DNA from: Octopus sinensis
Taxonomy: Eukaryota
Reading direction: 5' to 3'
NCBI RefSeq assembly: GCF_006345805.1
Contig: NC_043010.1
Coordinates: forward strand, 58,218,001-58,282,000
DNA length: 64,000 nucleotides
Every line of letters starts with the position of its first letter. Positions within the stretch are counted from its first letter, which is position 1. A model generated the notes under the pieces. The model searched no databases, was not told where the DNA came from, and saw only the letters and a program-made list of their open reading frames with translations. The translations under genes were made by a program, and so were the position numbers. This document shows positions 38,736 through 49,308 of the stretch, one piece after another.

Positions 38736-40110
38736 GCAAAGTGCCAGTACCATACTACAAATATCCACTTGCTTTATCAATGGAACTCCATATTCTTTTA
38801 TAGAGAAACTAGCTGAGTACACCTCAGATATTTGTATCATGACCATAATATTCAGGTAGACTGCAATAACGTTGGCTAAGTCCATCTGACCCAACTCCAC
38901 TCACAAATGTTGGGTAGATGTGAGGCTAGGGAAAAAGATATTTTCTAAAAGTTCTTTGAAGGGGAAATGAGCCAAGAGCCTTCACTAAATCATGATGATG
39001 CTAATTAAAGAGTCATCAAAAAAACCCTAAATTTATCAAGATATGTTTATTAACGAATAAAACATGAATGTAAATATGGGGGAATTGAAAGAGTAATCAA
39101 GATTAAAACCCTCTAATTAGAACATTGATAAAAGCAAAATGGGTTTTGAAAGAATAGTAACCAAACAGGCGCAAACCTTGGATAAAAAACCTGGGTTTAA
39201 GAATGAAACCCTTTCCAAAGATGAAACAACTGCAATATGGAATTCAATAATGTACTTTATTACATGAAACATTATATGATATGAGGTTATATACCTAACA
39301 CACTGGACAAAGAGATAAACACCAGTGGAGGGTCTGTAATTCAAAATCAGTGATTCTTGACCAGGATCCATATGGCCCTTAAAGGGTTCATATGACCCTT
39401 GGTGGTCCAAATAAAATTTTGCTGTTAAAATTTATGTTCAATCAACTGGTTATGTTTCTACAATTCACAAAATATTTAAGCATTTGTATGAACAATTCTT
39501 CAACTGTTGTAGTTTCCAAAACTCTTGCAGGAACTGAGAACCAGAAAGAAATGTTTACAAACAGGAATTATTTATTTTATTACCAGCAAAAAAAAGCTGA
39601 AACATTTTAAGCAGAACACTTTGCTTGAGAGAAAGAGAGAGGAAATGTTTATTGCAAGCATTTCATATTTCTATATTGAAGAATCTTACCCAAAATGTCA
39701 TACAACTCTTTCTCTGGTCAAATTATTTGATTCCACTTGACAGATATTTTGTCTTCCTAGTTTGTCTAAACCGACCATCACTACTTGCCTCAGATTTTAC
39801 TGTTTTATTTTACTGGAATATATTTATTCTGCTGGAGATTTTCATCTATTAAATGCATCCACACTTCCTAAAGTTCCTATTCCATCTCTGTCAGTGGTTC
39901 TCAACCATTTTTTACCTATGAACCTTTTTCACTCTTATTTTACTCAGTGAAAGCGAATCCTCAAAGTCATTCAAGGTCTAAAAACTCCTGTTGTATTTTT
40001 ATGGTTAAATATTATCAATAATTGGATTGCAAATGCTTTACAGTTCTAAATTTAAGAGATGAGGAATTATTTACATTTGACAGATATTTGTCCTCATCTT
40101 GTTTGTTGTT

Positions 40111-40156
40111 AACACAATGTTTCGGCTGATATACCCTCCAGCCTTCATCAGGTGTC
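40111..40156 (-). ncRNA. Minimal hammerhead-like motif (left arm)
   Basis: Reverse complement identical to 40414-40459. Confidence 0.65.
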
Positions 40157-40203
40157 TTGGGGAAATTTCGAACCTGGGTTCTCATTGCTAAGGTATTTTT
40201 TTA

Positions 40204-40250
<47 letters not shown>

Positions 40251-40413
40251 CGGTCACTGTCTAGAATTGAACTTGGAATCTTGGGGTTAAGAGCAACAGG
40301 CTGCTAACCCCAAGATTCCAAGTTTGATTCCAGACAGTGACCAGGAAAATAATAATAATAATAACATGGAAAAATACCTTAGGAATGAGAACCCAGGTTC
40401 GAAATTTCCCCAA

Positions 40414-40459
40414 GACACCTGATGAAGGCTGGAGGGTATATCAGCCGAAACATTGTGTT
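40414..40459 (+). ncRNA. Minimal hammerhead-like motif (right arm)
   Basis: GACAC CTGATGA A GGCTG GAGGGTATAT CAGCC GAAA C ATT GTGTT: helix I GACAC/GUGUU, 5-bp helix II, helix III palindrome broken (ACAT instead of ACGT). Confidence 0.65.
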
Positions 40460-42909
40460 AACAACAAACAAGATGAGGACAAATATCTGTCAAATGTAAA
40501 TAATGTGCAAATGTTTTGCCTTCATATTGTGATGCAGCAGTCATGAGTTGAAGAGAGGCTGTTCTTCATGTTGATGTTACAGTCTTCTTGAAGTCTTTGA
40601 AAAACATATCCATGCATATTCTTCTTGCCAAACTGAGTGTTTCACATCCAAGTCAGAATGTTAGTCAGGCTGTTTGGTGGGTTGTATGGGAGGTCATCAG
40701 GAAGAGACTGCTTCCCAAGGAGCTCACTGCCAACACAGAGGATATTGTCCTCTTCACTTTATGGCACTGAGTTGATGTATTTATTTTTGCTGCTTTGGCT
40801 TAGGAAGTGCCCAGAGAGTCTGCTCTGATCCCAAACCCCTGCCTCCTTTATCTCTTCTTAGCTAGAACCTACTGATATCACTGTCCCTGTGGGAATTTCT
40901 AGTTGATGTCAGTATCTTGGGGGGGGGGGGTTAATGTCTATAGAATGAATTCTTCTACAGACCAGTCATGTATCCCAGATATTGGAATCAGCACTGGTGG
41001 CACTGAAAATGCACTGAGAAAGAGGAGAATCCCCCAACTCCATATTTTCTTAAGCCTGGTAGAATATTCTTGGCCAATTCCATCGCTATTCACAGAACCT
41101 TCGTATAATATGTTTCCATCAATTCCTTGGTACTTGTATATGAGCGTATGAACATATATATGTGTGTTGGTGCATTGTATGTGTGTATATATAGGCATGT
41201 CTGTCTGTAAATGAGTGAGGGTATCAGGGTGGTGAAGTGGCAGTATGGTGGTGGTGGGGCAGTGATGAAATGGTGTAGTTCTGCTGGTGCTGGTAGTGGT
41301 GATGGTAAAGGTGGTGGTGAGGAAGTGGCAGCGGCGATGGTGGTGGTGGTTGTGGAGGTGGTGTAGCTGAGTGGTGGCCGTATGGTGATGCTAGAGTGGT
41401 GGTGTCGTATTGTTGTTTTGTGGAATTATAGCCAAGTGGTGCACTGAGGTGTTGTGTAGCGATGGTGCCGGGGTGGGGAAGGTGCTCTGGCAGAAGGGTA
41501 GCCATGTGTGGTGGTGGTGGTGGTGATAGTGGAGACGATGTGTTTTGCCAATTGAGATGCTGAGTTGATGCATTACATGCTGCACAGATACTGCAACAGC
41601 AGCAGGCGCCAACATGCATCATAGCATGGATTGGCATGTGCATGTATGTATGCATGCGTCTCCGTCTAAATAAGAACACACACATACATATATGTATATA
41701 GGCTATATATATATATATAGCCTATATATACATATATATATATACACACACATATATATATGTATGTATGTATATAAAAAAACACATGCATGTACATATG
41801 CATGTGGAGTGTGTGTGTGTGGGGGGGGGGGGCAGGGGATGTAATTACGTGCATTCTGGGGAAGAAGCCAATAAATGACATCATCAAGGATGATATAGAT
41901 ATCGATAAACCCACACACCACCACCACCCACCACCACTAGCCCCACACAACCACAATCACCACATTGTTTGCTGCCCCCCACCCCATTATCTCTTTATAC
42001 CTCCCTGCAGTGCATTGATAGTCTCTCACCATACATCAGAACACCACCAAACCAAGAGTCAAGAGTAGTTTGACCTGCCAGAAATGGCAGTCAAATCTCT
42101 CTTATATCACCCTACTAATCTTAAATCTGAGAAAGACAGATAATATAGTTTGTCCTACTCTGTTATAAAGGGTAGGGTGGTCATTACTGGGATGTTATTG
42201 ATCATTGGCTTGTGGGGTCATTACTGACCTACAGTAAAACAAAAGAAACTACATCAACCACTGACCACAGCTCCACATCCATCACTTCTACCGCCAACTC
42301 CCACCCCTCCCACTCTTCATTATCACATTTCCATTATCCTCATCAACACTTCCACCACCCCCAACCCTTCCATCACCACAACCATCTCTTGACTCACTTC
42401 CCAGCCTCATCATCCTCACACCACCACCACCACCAAATGTGTTCTTTTTTTTCTTCCAAGACAATTCAAGTAAGATTGAAGAATGTTGGCTGTTATTTCT
42501 GGTATGCCCTTCGACCACATAGGAGCCCCTTATTCTCTTGTTATGTATGTACTTGGTTAAGAAACCACACATAATCTTCACATGCTGTGGTCCAGCTTTA
42601 TTGTCTCACGCAATCTCTCGTTAAATGCTCTGGCATGAAATCATTAACCAGATGCAGAGTAGAGAAGGGGAGGTCAGTGACCAGTGACTATTGTCCAGTC
42701 TATTCTTGTATGTTTCCAGGTTCCACTGACCAACATGAATCATTCAGGACAGTTACAGTTGGTTTTAGTCTTTTATTAGAAGTCCATTCACAAGTGGTCC
42801 TCCACCATTTATGGCAATGAGTGTTCCAGTTGATCCGATCAATGGAATAGCCTGCTTGTGAAATTATTGTGCAAGTGGCTGAATACTCCACAGACACATA
42901 TGCCCTTAA

Positions 42910-43097
42910 TCCTTTTGATACCAACCAGGCTGAAATTGCCTCTGGCTCTGGAGTATAAATATCTTGTTTTCAAAAGTTCTGAATTAAAATTTTCCACCAA
43001 ATCTTAGTCGCAGTTTATGTTCCTAACTCTTGCTTAATGATAACGAAGTTATTTTACTAAATTCTTTGTTAATTTTAAAATTATGTTAACGAAAGGG
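42910..43097. mobile_element. piggyBac-like MITE with TTAA flanks
   Basis: TTAA at 42906-42909 and 43098-43101; ends TCCTTTTGATACC / GTTAACGAAAGGG. Confidence 0.65.
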
Positions 43098-43272
43098 TTA
43101 AAGTAGTTCTCAAGGAGATTCAGAGAAACACAGAATAAATTGCTGAGTTGTAACTCATTTTTGCCAGCTGAGTGGGTTGCAGCTGAGTAAAAACAAAGAG
43201 ACTTGCTCAAGGACACAATACACTGCTGAGGATTGAATTTACAACCTTACAATCATGAGTTGAACATCCGAA

Positions 43273-43504
43273 ACTATTTCTTTATTGCCCACAAGGGGCT
43301 AAACATAGAGGGAACAAACAAGTACAGACAAACGGATTAAATCGATTACATCGACCCCAGTGCATAACTGGTACTTAATTTATCGACCCCGAAAGGATGA
43401 AAGGTAAAGTCGACCTCAGCGGAATTTGAACTCAGAATGCAGCGGCGGACGAAATACCACAAAGCATTTCACCCGGCATGCTAACGATTCTGCCAGCTCA
43501 CCGC
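43273..43504 (-). mobile_element. SINE family B nested inside another SINE, 17-bp TSD
   Basis: TGAG(T/C)TGAACATCCGAA at 43256-43272 and 43505-43521; reverse complement of 11429-11660; host SINE pieces at 43130-43272 and 43505-43545. Confidence 0.88.
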
Positions 43505-44389
43505 TGAGCTGAACATCCGAACCCCTCAGCCGTGCGTCTTCACTTCCATCCACAACTAAAATATTCATCATTAACATTAATTCAGCTTCACTATTTGACT
43601 GGTGCTTTATTTTATGAAGGTATGGATCAACACCACAACTTCATTGTTACTTTGTTTTATTGAGCCCAGAAGGGTAAAAGATAAAGAGGATCTCAGCAGG
43701 ATTTGAACTCAAAACTTAGAGAGACTTAATTAAATTACCACAGCCGTTTGGTCTGCTGCTCTCATAATTCAACCATTCATCTCTCCATCTCCTACACTCT
43801 GTGTACGGTGGAGATAATCAGGCTGTTTCTGCTGTTTCTGGCTGCTGATGATGGAGTCTCTGTGACTTGGATGTTTTGATTGGAAGAGGAAGAGAGAGAG
43901 AGAGAGAGTGAGAGAGAGTTTAGGGTGATGGAGTATCATTGCCAGGGAAATAATATTCTAGGATGTTGTAGTAGGGTTTTAGGGTGTTATAGATTATAAG
44001 GATTGAGTTGGGAGGAGATATTGCTGTTAGGATGGTGTTGTAGAAGTGTTGTGGGGTGGCTGGGAGAGATAGTGATGCAATGATGTTGTGTGGTGCTGTA
44101 AATAGGCAAGAACTAAGTGCAAGCAATAGTGTTGTTAAGATGATGCTTGGACCATCCTTCACCAATATCCAGGTCAGAATGTCTCTCCTTCAAATTGAGG
44201 AAATTGTATTTTAATAGAGCGAGGGGGAGAGTCCAGTTGGCATTGAATCATTGCTGTGGGTGGCTCTTGGTGTATATCCAGTTAGTTTTCTTTAATATTT
44301 AACATAAATAAATTAATATGTATCGATTATATTCCAGGGATATTGGGTAAGATGACAATGAGAATAATTAATTTATTATCATCGTTATC

Positions 44390-44600
44390 ATTATTTAACG
44401 TCCTATTTTTCTTTTTGCTGGAATGGGTTGCGTGGTTTGACAGGAGCTGGTCAGGCCAAGAGTCACACCAAGTCCCATTGTCTGTTTCTGGCTTGGTTTC
44501 TACAGCTGGATGCCCTTCCTAATGCCAACCACTTTGCAGAGTGTACTGAGTACTTTTTATGTGGCACCAACACCACTGCTTCTTAATGTGGCATCAATAG
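44390..44600 (-). mobile_element. Old RTE-3'-UTR-type tail fragment
   Basis: TTTAACGTCC and TTTCTACAGCTGGATGCCCTTCCTAATGCCAACCACT blocks. Confidence 0.75.
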
Positions 44601-45779
44601 CCACGAACCCTTAGGACAAAGACCTCTCAAATGAATGATGGAACGAAACTGAGAGATTAGAGTATGATAGAGGAGGGACAGAGGAGATACTTGACTACCT
44701 CAGTAGAACAAGGAAGGAGAGGGAGATGTGAGAGGGTTAGAGAGAGGGGGGGCTACAAACAGGGAACAGTGAGGGGGAAAGTAAAAGCTGTACAGAGGAG
44801 ATAGAGGGGGATGTACCATAAGAGTGCGAGGGAAGATGTTTAGAGATAACAGAAATAGTAAGTGATGGTGAGAGGAACTGGAAGAGGCTGGGAGTGAGGA
44901 GAGGAGGGGAGGGCTCTGGTACATGATTATATTCCTGAGATATGGGTAAGATGACAATGTGAAGAATTCGTTTATTAAAAATCCTTTAATTTTGTGAGGA
45001 AGAAGAACTCATTGATAACGAACCAAACTGCACTAATTTGAAAAAGGAGAGGAAAGCAGCTACTAGAAGAACTAACGAGATATGAAGAAATATATCAGAA
45101 ATATTAGAGGTAATTAACAGTTTTAATGAGAAACTAATTTCTGGAAAGCAGTTGCTCGTTATGTGAAATTTTGATATCTCAAAGATTTTATTGTTTTAGT
45201 TATTAACCTTTCTTTTTTTTGGTTTTGTATTCTTGATACGTTTCAAAATAAATTACCTCAAATAAATAAATTGTAATTTTAATTTATTATTTATATAACT
45301 GTATATATTCTATATGGACCATTATGTATTGTTTTAATGTGTTCAATAAAATAAAAGGAAGAATCGGAAGAAAGAAAACAGAAAAGATGTCATTTTAAGA
45401 GTTACAATGCTTTTGTTTTGTTTTCAATAAAATATCCCCCCCCCCTTTTTTTTCTTTTTGTTATTTCTGACATCTTAATATCAACAGAGAGAAAAAATTT
45501 GTATTAAAGCCAGTTCAATACTTTGCTAAGTACAAATAACCAGGGGTCATTGTGTGTTGGATTCTGATGATGAATTTAGCTGGTAATGAAGTGATCTGAT
45601 CAATAATTTGACAGATAAGGAATTGATCTGATTGATAAATTGAAGATGATGAATCCACTAATGGTGAATTGATGGATGACAAACTCGCTGATTGACTTAC
45701 AAACCCAGAAGTGCAGGGCTTCAATATCTCAGCAATGATTTGGAACAGAATATTCTACATGTTTCCCAAAACCTTAAGG

Positions 45780-46150
45780 AGGATGATAATAATAAGGTGA
45801 AGTATAACCTGTCTTGGACTTATGACTGTTACATCACATTGCATCTAAAATGCTATCTTTTAACAATCCGAGAGCAGAAGGTAATTATGAACAACTTAAT
45901 GAACAAGTAAAACAGTGAAACCTTTAAACTCCCATGATGCAACTTCAAATGTTAATCACATGCCTCTTCTGTGGAGGACACAACACATGTAATCATTAGC
46001 TGCCCTAAAATGTCATCAAGGATGTAAACTTCCCCTCGAACATGATGGTGTTGCTAAACCAATATACAATGCCATGCACTGGAAAGACTGCCCTGGGAGA
46101 AATATAAAGACAACATCTCTGCTATTGAATACAGACAAATCAACACAAAG
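45780..46150 (+). mobile_element. Degenerate RLE-type LINE fragment (region around the CCHC knuckle)
   Basis: LSWTYDCYITLHLKCYLLTIREQKV...; then HVIISCPKMSSRM*LPLEHDGVAKPIY (H-x4-C...RHD-like motif); frameshifted. Confidence 0.6.
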
Positions 46151-46815
46151 AATATTGGTGGAACTTTCTCATTGACACTTCAAACATAACAGGTCTGACT
46201 TAGTTATTTGGGAGAGAAAAGAAAAACCATTTAAAATGTTGGAGGTTTCCTTGTCATGCAGATGGGGAAACATCTCTCCCAAAACCCATGAAGAGAAGAA
46301 TATCTATGGGCAACTGCTTCAAAACCTGCAACTCCTCTACACTGATAAGAAACTCATATTCATACCAGTAATAATTGGTGCACTTAAGTGATAATCTGGA
46401 AATGGTAGAGTTTTTTGTGCAAAAAAAGAGACATGCCAAAAACAATCTGTAAGTGGAACAGTAAAAGATATGCAAGACTTTATTAAAGTTTGATTTGTAA
46501 TAATAATTATTGTTATGGACCTTTTGTTTGTTTGTTAGAAACCAGCTCAATCTCTCTTGGGAAGACAATGAATGAATAAATAAAAAACAGAAAAAGGCAA
46601 GCATATGTACATACATACATTTAAACATCTATATCTATTTGTATGTATGTATATATATATATATACATACATACATATATATATATGTATGTATGTATAT
46701 GTAATATATATGTATATATATGTATATATATATATATATAAATATACATACATATATATATATGTATGTATGTATATGTAATATATATGTATATATATAT
46801 ATATATGTATGTATG

Positions 46816-46861
<46 letters not shown>

Positions 46862-46947
46862 TATACATTTAGATATACATACATATATATATATGTATGT
46901 ATGTATGTATGTATATATATATATATAAATATACATACATATATATA

Positions 46948-46985
<38 letters not shown>

Positions 46986-47122
46986 CATACGTATATACAT
47001 ATATATATACATACGTATATACATATATATATACATACGTATATACATATATATATACATACGTATATACATATATAGATACATACATATAAACATATAT
47101 ACATACATGCATATATACATAT

Positions 47123-47385
47123 GTATTCTACATCGAGTGAAAAACGAGATGGACGTTTTGCTTTTGTTGTGGTGCCTCGCTCTGTCGTACGCGACTATGA
47201 GGATTTGCATCCCCAACGTAAAACTTATAATGTAATACATGTCCTTGAAGTAGTAATTGTACGCGGCTGAAGAAGGCTATAGACACACATTTACATCAAT
47301 TATGCATTGTTATAAACTGTCTAATAAAGGTCCGAAACATATGTACCGCTAAATCCTTTGCATCATGTTTTTATTTTAATAAATA
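47123..47385 (+). mobile_element. CpG-rich Penelope-terminus-like insert within (TA)n
   Basis: Unique 260-bp island with many intact CpGs, containing CTGAAGA...CCGAAAC and a T-rich 3' end, flanked by microsatellite on both sides. Confidence 0.6.
47263..47349 (+). ncRNA. Type-I hammerhead ribozyme with intact core and palindromic helix III
   Basis: GCGG CTGAAGA A GG...CC GAAA CATAT GTA CCGC: helix I GCGG/CCGC, ACATATGT palindrome, GUA site (cleavage predicted 3' of 47345), distal helix II TAGACA/TGTCTA. Confidence 0.75.
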
Positions 47386-47516
47386 TATACATATAATATA
47401 TATATAGATATATATATATATATATATATATACATACATACATACATATATATATATATAAATATACATACATATATATATATATGTATGTATGTATATA
47501 TATATATAATATATAT

Positions 47517-47549
<33 letters not shown>

Positions 47550-47561
47550 GTATATGTAATA

Positions 47562-47625
<64 letters not shown>

Positions 47626-47681
47626 CATACATATATATATATACATACATACATATATATATATATATACATACATATATA

Positions 47682-48147
47682 CACGTAAAAGCACCATCCG
47701 TTCGTGGCCGTTTGCCAGCCCTGTCTGGCCCCCGTGTCGGTGGCATGTAAAAGCACCATCCGTTCGTGCCCGTTGCCAGCCTCGCCTAGCCCCCGTGCCG
47801 GTGACACGTAAAAGCACCATCCGTTTCGTGGCCGTTTGCCAGCTCTGTCTGGCCCCCGTGTTGGTGGCACGTAAAAGCACCATCTGTTCGTGTCCGTGAC
47901 ACGTAAAAGCACCATCCGTTCGTGGCCGTTTGCCAGCTCTGTCTGGCACCTGTGCAGGTGGCACGTAAAAAGCACCCACTACACTCACGGAGTGGTTGGC
48001 GTTAGGAAGGGCATCCAGCCGTAGAAACACTGCCAGATCTGACTGGGCCTGATGAAGCCTTCCAGCTTCACAGACCCCAGTTGAACCGTCCAACCCATGC
48101 TAGCATGGAGAACGGACGCTAAATGATGATGATGATGATGATGATGA
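47682..48147 (+). mobile_element. RTE 3'-UTR-only insert with 5-6 tandem ~62-bp units and (GAT)n tail
   Basis: CACGTAAAAGCACC-type starts at 47682, 47744, 47805, 47868, 47900, 47962; tail matches 56845-57012. Confidence 0.9.
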
Positions 48148-48149
48148 AA

Positions 48150-48184
48150 TATACATACATATATATATACATACATACATATAC

Positions 48185-48216
<32 letters not shown>

Positions 48217-48435
48217 TACATATATATACATACATACATATACATACATATATATACATACATACATATACATACATATATATATACATACATATATAAA
48301 TATATATATATATAAATATACATATATACATATACATACATACATACATATATAATATATATAATATATATATACATATACATATACATACATACATACA
48401 TATATATATATATAAATATACATATATACATATAC

Positions 48436-48499
<64 letters not shown>

Positions 48500-49197
48500 C
48501 ATACATACATATATATATATATATATCATACATACATACATATATATATCATACATATATACATATATATACATACATATATACATATATATATATACAT
48601 ACATATATACATATATATTATATATATATATATATACATACATACATATATATACATACATACATATGTATATATACATATATATATATACATACATACA
48701 TATATATATATATACATACATATATATATATATACATACATATATATATATACATACATATACATATATACATACATATACATATATACATACATACATA
48801 TATATATACATACATACATATATATATATATACATACATATATATATATACATACATATTATATATATATACATACATACTTATATACATACATACATAT
48901 ATACATACATACATATATATATACATACATATATATATACATACATATATATATACATACATATATATATATATACATATATATATACATACATATATAT
49001 ATATATACATACATACATATATACATACATACATACATACATATATATATACATACATACATATATACATACATACATATATACATACATACATATATAC
49101 ATACATACATATATATATATATATACATACATACATATATATATATACATACATATATATATATATACATACATATATATATATATATACATACATA

Positions 49198-49231
<34 letters not shown>

Positions 49232-49308
49232 CATACATATATATATATATATATATACATACATATATATATATATATACATACATATATATATATATAC
49301 ATACATAT
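48150..49308. repeat. ~1.15-kb (TA)n/(TACA)n microsatellite
   Basis: Direct inspection. Confidence 0.97.

Larger units (their letters stand above)
40066..40504. mobile_element. Head-to-head foldback of a tRNA-like head + (AAT)n + hammerhead-tail element
   Basis: Arms 40066-40289 and 40305-40504 nearly identical except for (TTA)n length; B-box-like GTTTGATTCC; hammerhead in each arm. Confidence 0.85.

Noticed and set aside
47682-47975. Regularly spaced repeats resembling a CRISPR array
   Set aside because: The units are full tandem repeats without unique spacers, part of an RTE 3' UTR in eukaryotic DNA; no cas genes
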